Below are positions 27,672-37,877 of a stretch of DNA of 45,322 nucleotides, piece after piece. The stretch spans positions 1 to 45,322 of IMG/VR virus record IMGVR_UViG_3300022407_001722; one strand, written 5' to 3'. A program made the position numbers and the translations under genes. This DNA comes from a virus (taxonomy: Duplodnaviria; Caudoviricetes). Positions within the stretch are counted from its first letter, which is position 1; each line of letters begins with the position of its first letter. The notes below the pieces were generated by a model. That model did no database searches and was not told where the DNA came from. It was given only the letters and a program-made list of their open reading frames with translations.

Positions 27672-28988
27672 ATGGCAAGTACAGGATTATTGGGTATAAA
27701 CCCATATAGAGGTGGAAATGTTGCAATAGATATTACATCTAGGCCTCTTCAAACATTTTTACAAATTCAGCAAAAAAAAGAAGCTCAAGCTGAAGCTACA
27801 GAAAAGTATTTTAAAGATTATGAGAAATCCTTAAATCCTGCTGGTTTAGGTGCAGAAGAAGTTAAAATTTTTGCTAATAAATTGAAGCAAGTGCAAGATT
27901 TTGGGTTAAAAAATAAACAATTAATTAATAATCCTTCAAAATACGGTTATGATGCCCAATCAGAATTAATGGCCGGTTTTAAAGACTTACAAACATTTAT
28001 TGAAGAATCAAAAAAAGCGACTGCTGAAAGAAAGGCTTTGGTTGATTTTTTTAATCAAAATAAAAAATCAGGGAAGCGAATTTCTGATGATTATTTAGAA
28101 GTTTATAAAAATGCATTTTTGCCTGTTGGTTCTGGTTATGTTGCTCCAGATTATTCTAAGATAGCAGTATATGATCCGCATGATGACTTAGACTTTAGTG
28201 ATAAAACTTGGAGAGGAGTACCTTTACCTGTAACAGCGGATTTTATAGAGCAAGAGATTGGAGGTAAAAAAACAGGTCGCGTAAAGCCAATTGAAATTGA
28301 AACAATAACACCAGAAGTTGCAAAAACTTATGCACAAAGAGCAAGAGGTTATTTTAGATCTAAAAAGGGTACTGAAGAGCAGTACAATGAATTGATTAAA
28401 GATGTTGATTTTGTTAATCAATTGAATCCTGTTTACAAGAAAAATTTTGGAGTAGATATAAAGAATGCAGAAGATTTAGCAGTTGCTTATGGTTTAGCTA
28501 CTAAACAACCGCAAATAAAGGAAAAAGGTGGTTTTGATTTTACAAAAGAATATTATTTCAAGGAAACTCAAAAAAGAGCAGATGTTAGAGCAGCTTTAGC
28601 TAGAATAGCAAGTAGAACTGGTGCGCCTCCGGAAAGAGGTAATTTATTTGATGATATACCAGATGTTAAATTCAAAAGTGGTAATTATATTAGAAATGGC
28701 CAAGCTTACGATAAAAACGGAAATCCTTATAATGGTAAAATCAGGGTAGCGAAAGAAAATTTATCAGCTGAATTATTTAGTGTATTAGGTAATCCAAGAG
28801 TAAAAGAATTTGACATTACTTTTGAAAACGGTACCCCTGTTAATTATTCTAATGAAAAATTCGGTGTTTTAAATAGACAAGGAATGTATAACTATCAATT
28901 AAAATATGATAGTGAACCAATTAAGGGAGAGAAAATGGATTTTGGACCACCCGCTCCAGCTACCGGTAAAAAGAAAAAAGCTTATTAA
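27672..28988 (+). CDS. Putative internal virion protein
   Basis: 438 aa in the ejection-protein block. Confidence 0.6.
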   Translation: MASTGLLGINPYRGGNVAIDITSRPLQTFLQIQQKKEAQAEATEKYFKDYEKSLNPAGLGAEEVKIFANKLKQVQDFGLKNKQLINNPSKYGYDAQSELMAGFKDLQTFIEESKKATAERKALVDFFNQNKKSGKRISDDYLEVYKNAFLPVGSGYVAPDYSKIAVYDPHDDLDFSDKTWRGVPLPVTADFIEQEIGGKKTGRVKPIEIETITPEVAKTYAQRARGYFRSKKGTEEQYNELIKDVDFVNQLNPVYKKNFGVDIKNAEDLAVAYGLATKQPQIKEKGGFDFTKEYYFKETQKRADVRAALARIASRTGAPPERGNLFDDIPDVKFKSGNYIRNGQAYDKNGNPYNGKIRVAKENLSAELFSVLGNPRVKEFDITFENGTPVNYSNEKFGVLNRQGMYNYQLKYDSEPIKGEKMDFGPPAPATGKKKKAY

Positions 28989-28990
28989 AT

Positions 28991-31900
28991 ATGGCAGATA
29001 ATAAAGTACAACCAGATCCGATAGTTCGTCTTTATAATAACATAAAAAACGAATATGATCTTCCAGATTTCAATACCTTTAAGGCAGACATGTCTGATTC
29101 TAATAAGGCAAAAAGATTGCATGCTACATTGGTTAATGATGGCTATGAAGTGCCTCAATATGATGTGTTTTCTGTAGACATGGGCTTAAAAAAAAAAGCC
29201 GGGAATTCAGCATCTTTGGGTATGTTATCACCATCACCAAAAGAACCTAACTTTTTACAGCAAGGCCAAAAAGTGGCTTCTGGAGGTATTTTTAAAGACA
29301 TTAGTGCGTCTGTTCCAAAGAGCGTAGCGCAGCCTGTTGTAAAAACTACACTGAAAGATGCTGCATTAAAAGATAAGAACAATAACAATAGCTATTTAGC
29401 TGCTCTTTATAATGGTGTGGTATCAAGTATGGAAACAATAGCAGGAGGACCATACAGGTTAGCCGCAAAGTTTGATTCTAGTCCAGTTTCTATGATACAA
29501 GAAGCTGTAGATAAAGCGGCTTCTAGTGTTACCGGAGTAAACTATGAGGCACTAAGGGAAAAAGAAGCAACAGATAAAATTAAGAATTTTGTAGGTAAAG
29601 CTAGATCTAGTGCATCTTCTAGGGAATATGAAAAAGGTTTAGCAGAGGGTTTTGATATTACAAATGGAATAGGTTTAGATGATATAAGTGGTTTTGTAGC
29701 TGTTTTACCAAAGATGCTTACTGATATTGGTTTTGGTGTTGCAACAGGTGGTACAAGTTTTGCTATTCAAGGATATGATGATGCATTGTCTACAATAGAT
29801 AATATTCCGGAAGCTAAAAATATGAGCGAAACAACTAGAACCGCCTTTGGTTTTGGTGGCGCTATTATATCAGGTGTTTTGGAAAAACTTGGTATGGATA
29901 ATATACTTAAAAGCGGTACAGCTACTAAATATGTTACGGCTAAAATATTAAAAGAAACAGCCGGAGAATTAGCTAAGAAAGGAGTGAAGGTTACAGCAGA
30001 GCAATTTGAAAAAGCTGTTGCTAATAAGGCTACTCAAATGCTTACTAAAACAGCATTAAAAAATACTGTAAAAGCTGGTGTAAAAGCTGGTAAAGGAGAA
30101 GCTATTACTGAAGCTACTCAGGAAGGAGCTATGGATTTAATGAAATTAGCTGCAAACCAAATAGAAAATAAGGAAATATTTAATGAAGAAGAATTAAAAA
30201 ATACGGCAGCATCTAGGTATTTAAACGCTGCTGCAATGGGTGGTATTTTTGGTGGTGGAGTAAGTATTTTTTCTTCTAGAGTTAAAAATGTTCAAAAGCA
30301 TATAGAAAATGAGGTAAAAAATGCTAAATCACAAGAAGATATAGATAATCTTGTTAATGAGATAAATCAAGGTGTTGAAGATGGTGTTATTTCTCAAAAT
30401 GATGCAGAACTTTTTAAATCAATGGTTGATGAAAATGTATCAAAGCCATCTAGTTTAGATATTAATAATGAAAAAGAAGTAAAGTTAGCTGATATAGATG
30501 AATATATAAATTCATTAGATAAAAGAGATAGATTATATAATGATAAATTAAATGAATTAAATAAAGAGAAAAATGAAATAAATTCTTATTATGATAATTT
30601 ATTAAAAAAATCTCAAGAAGATGAAGAAATACCTTTTGATGATGGGAAGTCTGTTTCTGAAGAAAACAAAACATTAGATGATGAATTAAGGACAGCATTG
30701 GATTATAGATTTTATGAAAAAGGTCTTGATTCAGGAGATGAATGGGAGCGTGAGGATTCAAGAAGATTCTTAGCAGATCCAAAAAAATATTTTGAAAGCA
30801 AAATAGAGTTTGCAAAAGAATCTCTTTCAAATAATCCAAATGATGAGTCAGCTAAAATGCTCCTTGAGGATAATACGGAGAAGCTTAGAGTTTTTAATGA
30901 TATAACCAATAAGTACAAACAAAATGTTGTCCCAGATCAAGTAGCAGGGGTAGAACCTGTAATAAAAGAAGAAGCTATCCCTTCTGAAGTTAAAGTAACA
31001 GAAGAAGTTAAACCAACTGAATTTAAAGTAACAGAAGATGTTAAACCAGATGTTTATAATTATCAAGATTCTAATGCAGAAAAAATAATTAGTGATAAAA
31101 ACTCTTGGAATGGTGGTGTATGGAGATATAAGCTTGAAAATGCTGGTGATATTCTAAGAGAATTGTCAAAATATAAAAATACATATTTAGATCCTAATTA
31201 TATTTATGAAAAAGTAGATATGATTAGAGATTGGATTGATAAGCATAAAGAAAGACCTATTGCTTATGAAGATAGTTTTGATGCATTAAAAGAAAGAGAT
31301 TTTGATACATTAAATAAATTAAAAGAATCTTACGAAAAACAACCTGTTTTAACTGAGGCTCAGCAAAAAGCAAAAGAGTTGATTTTAAATATAATTGATG
31401 GAGATTTAAATAAAGCAGAAAAGCAAATAGAATATTTTGAAAGTTTTAAAGGACCTGATGCATTTAATAAATTAAAAGAAGTTAATTTATATCCTGAACA
31501 AAAAGAAAAAATTAAATTAACAGAAGAGGTTCAACCAACCGAAGCAAAAGTAGCTAGTGACTTAGTTAGTGTTTCGGTAGCCCCTTACTATGATACGCAA
31601 ATAGTAGATTTATCTGATGCATCTAAATTAAGAGAATCTGAAGGATACAAGAAGCATATTCAAATGCTAAAAGATGTAGCAAAAAAAATGGGATTGGAGA
31701 TAGATTCTATTGATAATACTATAGGAGGGTTTGAAAATAAAGATGGTAATAGAATAACAGAAATATCAAATAGAGTAAAATTAAGAACTAATGATTTAGA
31801 TGTAGCTGAAAGATATGCAGCAGTTGCAGGGGCATTAGCGCATGAGGTTCAAGAAGCTACTATTGCTGCTAGGTATGTTAAACATGGTGATAAAAATCAA

Positions 31901-34129
31901 TCAGCAATAGAGGCTGAAATTAAAGTATCTGACTTAAAAAGTACAGTAAAAGCATTAAAAGAGGCCGGTATTAACGACTTTGAAATCAATGAAAATGATA
32001 ATTCTGTTAAAATTTTAGACTTTGATAATGGTAAAAACGAAGATTTTAACAATAAAATGCTTAGTTTTGCTGACCTACTAGATAAAAACAATGTAAAATA
32101 TGAAACAGAACATCACGCAATTGAATCAAGATATGTTGATCCAGAAAGAAGGTCCGAGCTACTTAAAGAGGCTAAACTCCAAGCAGAGCGACAAGAAGGT
32201 GGGGCAGAGCTTCGTGACATTTACGAAAAATCAAAAGCAAAAAGCGAAGAGTTCTTAGGTAAAAAAGAAGTTCCCACTGAAATACCAGAAGAAGTTTATA
32301 CTCCTATTGTTAATAGGATCAAAAAAGGAATAGAAAAACTTTCTACAACAGCTAAAGTAAGTGTTTTAAAAGGTAAAAACTTTTCTAAAGCACTTGATGA
32401 AGCCATTAAAAATGGTAAAGTTAATTTACAATCTTGGGGTGGATTTGAGAAAAAAGGTTTTGAAGAATCACCACAATGGCAAAAGTTGATTGAAGATGGT
32501 ACTGTAAAATTAAACTTTGATATAAAAGGTTTAGAGGGTAAGCCAGTAGTGGTAATTAACCCTGATAATATGCTTACCGGTGCGGTTCTTACAAAGAATG
32601 GTAAGCCAATAATAGATGGTAATGGTGGCATCAATTTTGTTACCAAATTTGGTGACGTTTGGGCATCATCTGATAATGCTACAGCAAATACATTAGCAAA
32701 ATACATAAATGAAGCAAGAGCAAAAGATATTGCTGCTGGAGGTGATGGCACAGTTCATGTTGTTGTTACAAAAGGAGATTTATCAAAATCTTTGACATCT
32801 CATACTGGCGCTAAAGCCGCAATGAAAGTGTTAGAGTATTTAGTTGATAAAAAATATATTTCATTAGCTGATTTTAGAAAAGCTTTAACTGATGTAGGTA
32901 GAAAGTATAATATTGATCTTGATGGTAGATTAGATGCTAAGTCAATACATGATGACATCGCAAAGAAGTTTTTTGGTGTAAATGATTCAACTTTCTCAAA
33001 AAGAGGGTTCTTTGTTCAGGATATTATTGACCATCTAGCTAAAAATAGCAAAAGTGCTAAAGATAATATCAGTAAGATAAGAACAATGCTTAATACAGAA
33101 GCATTACCACAATCTACAGAAAGAAAAACAGGAGAGATTAGCTTTGCAAAAGAAGGTATAATAGATGCCATTGGCCATTTGTTGTCAGATAATATGACAG
33201 TTGGTGTTAAAAATAGTGAAGCTTACGCTACAATTGAAATAAAACATCCTGTAGAAGTAGTTAATTTAAATAAGGAAGAAGGCGGCCATGAAAGTTATCC
33301 TTTCCATTTAAGACAAATAGATGAAAATGGTAATAAAGTAAAACCTGTTTTAAATGTTCTTGGAAAAGCTCAGCATGTTACTGATATATTAAATGATGCA
33401 AATAATCAAAAAGTTGATAAGAAAGGTGGTGCCGGTAAATTTGGTAGCAATCAAATTGGTATGGCAAAAGGTTTTGTTAAACCAGCAGCTGAACAGCCTT
33501 CAGGGGTAAACATGATGACTGATGCTACAGGTAGAATTTATGGTTTTGAGCAAAATGGTAAAATTGTATTAAATGCTGATTTAATGAATGGTAATACACC
33601 ATTCCATGAAGCAGGACATTTATGGTTAAATTGGGCAAAAGAAAATAGATCTGATTTGCATGATGCAGGTATAAGAAAGATAGAGAACTCTAAATACCTA
33701 CAAGATGTTAAAAATAACAAGGTTTATCAAGAAAATGCAGCTAAATTACCTAAAGGAGAAAGAGAAGCTTATTTCAAAGAGGAAGCTCTTGCAAAGGCTA
33801 TTGGTGATAATGGTGAAAGATTTGTAAACGAGGCTCAAAAATCTGATTTTAGAAAGTGGATTAAGAATTTATGGGAAACTATTGCTACTCATTTTGGTCT
33901 TAGAGGTATGACTGCTGATGAAGTATCTAATTTGACATTAGATGAGTTTTCTAAAAAAGTAGTTGCTGATATTATAAATGAGCAAAAAGGCGGAAAAGAA
34001 GTCCAAAAAGAAAAAACTACACAAGAAGTCTATAAAGACTTAACCAGAATTGAGAAAAGACAAATAATAAATAGTAAATTTGACGAATTAATAAAAGAAC
34101 TTAAAATAGAGAAAATATGTCCAACCTAA
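28991..34129 (+). CDS. Large polyvalent-type internal virion protein with zincin (MPTase-like) domain
   Basis: 1712 aa; A/G-rich region with EAITEATQE; TPFHEAGHLW...EEALA metallopeptidase motif near the C-terminus. Confidence 0.75.
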   Translation: MADNKVQPDPIVRLYNNIKNEYDLPDFNTFKADMSDSNKAKRLHATLVNDGYEVPQYDVFSVDMGLKKKAGNSASLGMLSPSPKEPNFLQQGQKVASGGIFKDISASVPKSVAQPVVKTTLKDAALKDKNNNNSYLAALYNGVVSSMETIAGGPYRLAAKFDSSPVSMIQEAVDKAASSVTGVNYEALREKEATDKIKNFVGKARSSASSREYEKGLAEGFDITNGIGLDDISGFVAVLPKMLTDIGFGVATGGTSFAIQGYDDALSTIDNIPEAKNMSETTRTAFGFGGAIISGVLEKLGMDNILKSGTATKYVTAKILKETAGELAKKGVKVTAEQFEKAVANKATQMLTKTALKNTVKAGVKAGKGEAITEATQEGAMDLMKLAANQIENKEIFNEEELKNTAASRYLNAAAMGGIFGGGVSIFSSRVKNVQKHIENEVKNAKSQEDIDNLVNEINQGVEDGVISQNDAELFKSMVDENVSKPSSLDINNEKEVKLADIDEYINSLDKRDRLYNDKLNELNKEKNEINSYYDNLLKKSQEDEEIPFDDGKSVSEENKTLDDELRTALDYRFYEKGLDSGDEWEREDSRRFLADPKKYFESKIEFAKESLSNNPNDESAKMLLEDNTEKLRVFNDITNKYKQNVVPDQVAGVEPVIKEEAIPSEVKVTEEVKPTEFKVTEDVKPDVYNYQDSNAEKIISDKNSWNGGVWRYKLENAGDILRELSKYKNTYLDPNYIYEKVDMIRDWIDKHKERPIAYEDSFDALKERDFDTLNKLKESYEKQPVLTEAQQKAKELILNIIDGDLNKAEKQIEYFESFKGPDAFNKLKEVNLYPEQKEKIKLTEEVQPTEAKVASDLVSVSVAPYYDTQIVDLSDASKLRESEGYKKHIQMLKDVAKKMGLEIDSIDNTIGGFENKDGNRITEISNRVKLRTNDLDVAERYAAVAGALAHEVQEATIAARYVKHGDKNQSAIEAEIKVSDLKSTVKALKEAGINDFEINENDNSVKILDFDNGKNEDFNNKMLSFADLLDKNNVKYETEHHAIESRYVDPERRSELLKEAKLQAERQEGGAELRDIYEKSKAKSEEFLGKKEVPTEIPEEVYTPIVNRIKKGIEKLSTTAKVSVLKGKNFSKALDEAIKNGKVNLQSWGGFEKKGFEESPQWQKLIEDGTVKLNFDIKGLEGKPVVVINPDNMLTGAVLTKNGKPIIDGNGGINFVTKFGDVWASSDNATANTLAKYINEARAKDIAAGGDGTVHVVVTKGDLSKSLTSHTGAKAAMKVLEYLVDKKYISLADFRKALTDVGRKYNIDLDGRLDAKSIHDDIAKKFFGVNDSTFSKRGFFVQDIIDHLAKNSKSAKDNISKIRTMLNTEALPQSTERKTGEISFAKEGIIDAIGHLLSDNMTVGVKNSEAYATIEIKHPVEVVNLNKEEGGHESYPFHLRQIDENGNKVKPVLNVLGKAQHVTDILNDANNQKVDKKGGAGKFGSNQIGMAKGFVKPAAEQPSGVNMMTDATGRIYGFEQNGKIVLNADLMNGNTPFHEAGHLWLNWAKENRSDLHDAGIRKIENSKYLQDVKNNKVYQENAAKLPKGEREAYFKEEALAKAIGDNGERFVNEAQKSDFRKWIKNLWETIATHFGLRGMTADEVSNLTLDEFSKKVVADIINEQKGGKEVQKEKTTQEVYKDLTRIEKRQIINSKFDELIKELKIEKICPT

Positions 34130-34614
34130 AATCATTATTAAGCCCCTCAATGAAAAAGGGCATGCAAGATGCGGTATATATAGAGTTATATCAATCTAAC
34201 CTATGGAAGAGCCTAGCTAATCAATTACAAAGATTAGGTCTTTTTGGTAGCCAAAAGTATTTTTTAGCAGAAAGTGCTGAAGAATTAACCCATTACCAAA
34301 TGCACGTTGAGTTCATGAATGATATGGGTGATTGCGCAGAGCTGCCAAAAATTGATGCAATTAAGGATAAAGTAACCGATATTGGGGATGCTTTAGAGAT
34401 TGGTTACAATACAGAATTGGACGTATATAATCAATATAAGGACTTCTATCAGCAAGCAGAAGATGAAGATGTTTCTGTAGCTCAATATATTTTACAATTC
34501 ATTGAAATTCAAAGAAAAGCAGTAGGTCATTATGGTGATTTACTTGCTAAGTATAGAATAGCTGAACAAACTAAAGAAATCCTTGAATTTGACCAACATA
34601 TATCTGAATTATAA
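34117..34614 (+). CDS. Ferritin-like protein
   Basis: IELYQSNLW, ESAEELTH, YNTELDV and QFIEIQ four-helix ferritin pattern; 165 aa. Confidence 0.85.
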   Translation: MSNLKSLLSPSMKKGMQDAVYIELYQSNLWKSLANQLQRLGLFGSQKYFLAESAEELTHYQMHVEFMNDMGDCAELPKIDAIKDKVTDIGDALEIGYNTELDVYNQYKDFYQQAEDEDVSVAQYILQFIEIQRKAVGHYGDLLAKYRIAEQTKEILEFDQHISEL

Positions 34615-37600
34615 TGGCACAAAACCCTTGTAAATATATTATTCAAATTAAGCCCGGTGAGTTTAAAGAAATGACTGAACGGGAGCTTAAAGATTTTCTT
34701 TTAAGTCAAGATTTATCTAATTTAAAATCTATCCAAGATGCCATACAAGAGCGAAGCGCAGAGGAAGAAGTTTCACGTCCTACTGGAGCAAGGAAAAATA
34801 TCACCGAAAGTAGTGAAAGAGTACGATCAAGCCAGCAAAGGGCTGAAGCTACCGAAGAAGCTCAAAGCAATGAAGAAGCCATAAGAGGTATTACCAAAGC
34901 AGAAATTGAGCAAAGAAGGTTAGAAAATGGATTGCCAGAAATTGAAGGCAGAATTGTTACCGATGCTGAAATAAAACAGCAGGCTGCCGAGCAGATGGCA
35001 GCTGGTTATGATGTTGATGCTTTAATTAGGAGAATGGAGCAAGGGGAAGGAACAAGTGCTGTTGAATCCGAAATATTAAAGATTTATGCGGCTACACTAG
35101 ACAAAGCATTGGTTGAAGATCCATTCAATAAAAAAATACAGAGGGATTTAGCTAGATTTACTGAAGCTAAGTTGATTTCAGCTGCTACAATGGGTAGAGA
35201 TTTTAGAGCGTTACAGGGTACTGCTTATGCTCCGTTAGAGCAATTACAAACACTTAGTGATTATGTTACAGTAGTAAGAGAAGCTAATGGTGTAGATGAG
35301 TTGACCGATAACCAAATGAAAAAGGTTATTGATGATTATGAAAATATTCAAAAAGAGGTTGAAAAGCTAAAGAAAGAAAAACAAGAGCTAGAAGATTTAA
35401 ACGCAAGTTTATTAGCGGAGCAAGAGTTTGCTAAAGTAACCATTGAAACGAAAAAAGAAAAGAAAGAAAGGGTTCCTAAAAGAGATTATAAAAAAGAAAG
35501 GGAAGATGTAATTAGTGAAATAAAAAAGAAATTAAAAGAGTCAAGAGGTGGAGGTGAATTGTATTCAATGCCAATACCATTCAAGCCTATAGTTGATTTT
35601 GTTAAAATATCTCCAGACATTGCTAAGTTAGTAAAGATATATGCAGCAGAAGGAGTTAATAAACTAGACGATGCCGTTAATAATGTTTATGATTTATTAA
35701 AAGATGAAATTGAAGGATTGACGAAAAAAGATATTGTAGATGTAATTGCTGGTAAATATAGAGAGAAAGAAAAGAAAGACATAAATGCAGCTAAAGCTAA
35801 TCTAGCAAATATAAACAAAGAAGCTAAATTGGCTTCTGCAATATATGATTTGAAATATGGTCCAAAAGTAGATTTGCCAGAAAAAAAGCAGGTTCAAAAA
35901 AATGCAGAAATATCTGCAAAAGAAAAGGAGCTTAGAGAATTAAGAAAAGAATCTGGTTACTATGATGAATCTAAGTTAAAATCATTGATTGCTAGAAATG
36001 AGGCTAAGGCGAATGAAATAAAAAGAAAAATTGAAAATAAAGAATTTGAGCCTACTGAAAGACCTGAATCATTTATAGAAAATCCTGAGCTAAAAAAGAA
36101 ATATCCTTATTCATATAATAAATACCTAGACGGATTAAATAAAATTGATGAAATGAAATATCAATTTTTAATGGCCGCTGAAAAAGATAAGTTAGAAAGA
36201 GAAGGTAAGTTTGGTAAAGCAAAGCAATTAGGTAAAGAGTTTTTAAATACCGTAATGGCTTTAAAATCTGGTATAGATAACTCAGCTGTATTTGTTCAAA
36301 ATGCTTCTGTAATGTTAGATCCAGAGTCATGGGGCATTAAAATTAGGAAACAAAAAGGAAAGTCTGCATTAAATCCTTTTGCTTATAAGATTAATATAAC
36401 TAAAGAAAAACCAGCTCTACAAGCTCTTAAATTCCAAAAAATGGCATTTGCGAGTGAGGCTGCACTTAGAAGAAGATTACTTGAAATATATGATAATAAG
36501 CCTTTATGGAATATGATTGAAAATTCAGGGCTTGATATATTAGATCCAAAAGGTTTTAAAACTAAACTAAAAGAAGAATCTTTTGGGAAAAGAAATTTAC
36601 TAGAAAGAGTTGGTGCCGATAAGTACTTAACAGCTCCATTTGAAAGATTGTTTTCTGGCTTCAGTAACGAAATAAGACTTTCTCTTTTTATACAAGGTTC
36701 TCAAGAATTAATGGACCAAGGTAAAACAATTGAGAATAGTTTAAAGGATTATCAGGACTTAGCAAGTAAGGTTAATAACCTTACAGGAAGGGGTGAAACA
36801 ATGTTTAAAAATTCTAAAGGATTTTTAAATGCAGCTCTATGGTCACCTAAATTATTATCATCAACCTTAAATAAATTGGGTTTAAGTGACCTTATTTCTA
36901 ATAAGTTATGGGGTAAAAAAGATAGCAAAGGCAGACCTATGGGTTATTACAGTGCTATGAACCCGGAAGGTAGAGCAAAAGCCGTTCAAGCAACAGCAAG
37001 AAGTTTATCAACTGTATTTTTAATTATGGCAGCTGCATCTTTGCAAGATGATGTAGAAGTAGATGCTGATCCAGAAAGCGTTACTTTTGGTCAAATAAAG
37101 AATACTAAAACAGGGTGGTCTATTAATTTGTTAGGACCATACAGCTCTGTGGTAAGATATTTGACATTATTATTGACTGCGACAAAAAAAATGACGACTG
37201 GGGAAACTAGAAAAGCTGATATAGTGCAAGAAAGCTATAAATTCTTTAGAGGTAAGGCAAATCCATTAGTTGGTCTAGGTGCAGATATTTTTACTAGAAA
37301 AACATTTACTGGCAAACCTTATGATTATAGTAATCTTCCTTCAGACTTATTTGAGCCATTATTTGTTCAGGATTTAAGAAAGGCATATAAAGCTTCTGGA
37401 TCTGAAGCGTTTTTATATGCTATTCCTACTTTTTATGGCTTAAAAGTTCAAAATGAGAAAGCGTTTGATGAAAGGGATATGAAATCATTATTAAACAATA
37501 ATTTATCATCATCTTCAATGGATAGATTTGCTATGTCCAATTATAAGGAAGGAGGAAGGAAGATAACAAAAAGTGAGTTTGACAATTTTGCTAAAGAAAA

Positions 37601-37877
37601 TGATGCTTTATTAAAGGAATTTATTGAAGAAATACATAAAAATGGTTTCCCTGTAGCTGATGATAAAGGTAATATAGTTTATAAAAAAGTTGAAGGAGAG
37701 GGGCCAGATGTCGCTACAAAACAAGAATTGGCCGATGAGCTTAAAAGATTAAAAAGTTATGCTACAAGGGAAACCAAATTAAAGCTATTTGGTCAAAGAG
37801 AAGCAGAGGATCCAGATGTTCTATACGATTTAAGAGAAGCTAGAGCGGACCAAGGAATTGGTAAGGAACAGGAATAA
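34614..37877 (+). CDS. Large internal virion protein
   Basis: 1087 aa, coiled-coil N-half; VNNLTGRG, DPESVTFGQIK and GKANPLVG motifs of polyvalent-type C-terminal regions. Confidence 0.7.
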   Translation: MAQNPCKYIIQIKPGEFKEMTERELKDFLLSQDLSNLKSIQDAIQERSAEEEVSRPTGARKNITESSERVRSSQQRAEATEEAQSNEEAIRGITKAEIEQRRLENGLPEIEGRIVTDAEIKQQAAEQMAAGYDVDALIRRMEQGEGTSAVESEILKIYAATLDKALVEDPFNKKIQRDLARFTEAKLISAATMGRDFRALQGTAYAPLEQLQTLSDYVTVVREANGVDELTDNQMKKVIDDYENIQKEVEKLKKEKQELEDLNASLLAEQEFAKVTIETKKEKKERVPKRDYKKEREDVISEIKKKLKESRGGGELYSMPIPFKPIVDFVKISPDIAKLVKIYAAEGVNKLDDAVNNVYDLLKDEIEGLTKKDIVDVIAGKYREKEKKDINAAKANLANINKEAKLASAIYDLKYGPKVDLPEKKQVQKNAEISAKEKELRELRKESGYYDESKLKSLIARNEAKANEIKRKIENKEFEPTERPESFIENPELKKKYPYSYNKYLDGLNKIDEMKYQFLMAAEKDKLEREGKFGKAKQLGKEFLNTVMALKSGIDNSAVFVQNASVMLDPESWGIKIRKQKGKSALNPFAYKINITKEKPALQALKFQKMAFASEAALRRRLLEIYDNKPLWNMIENSGLDILDPKGFKTKLKEESFGKRNLLERVGADKYLTAPFERLFSGFSNEIRLSLFIQGSQELMDQGKTIENSLKDYQDLASKVNNLTGRGETMFKNSKGFLNAALWSPKLLSSTLNKLGLSDLISNKLWGKKDSKGRPMGYYSAMNPEGRAKAVQATARSLSTVFLIMAAASLQDDVEVDADPESVTFGQIKNTKTGWSINLLGPYSSVVRYLTLLLTATKKMTTGETRKADIVQESYKFFRGKANPLVGLGADIFTRKTFTGKPYDYSNLPSDLFEPLFVQDLRKAYKASGSEAFLYAIPTFYGLKVQNEKAFDERDMKSLLNNNLSSSSMDRFAMSNYKEGGRKITKSEFDNFAKENDALLKEFIEEIHKNGFPVADDKGNIVYKKVEGEGPDVATKQELADELKRLKSYATRETKLKLFGQREAEDPDVLYDLREARADQGIGKEQE
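34738..34884 (+). CDS. Nested out-of-frame small basic protein (48 aa)
   Basis: MPYKSEAQRKKFHVLLEQGKISPKVVKEYDQASKGLKLPKKLKAMKKP* in the +1 frame; resembles MP(F/Y)KSxAQR small phage proteins. Confidence 0.65.
   Translation: MPYKSEAQRKKFHVLLEQGKISPKVVKEYDQASKGLKLPKKLKAMKKP

Noticed and set aside
28991-37877. Virion RNA polymerase subunits
   Set aside because: No DxDxD-type catalytic motif in a convincing context; motifs fit polyvalent/ejection proteins
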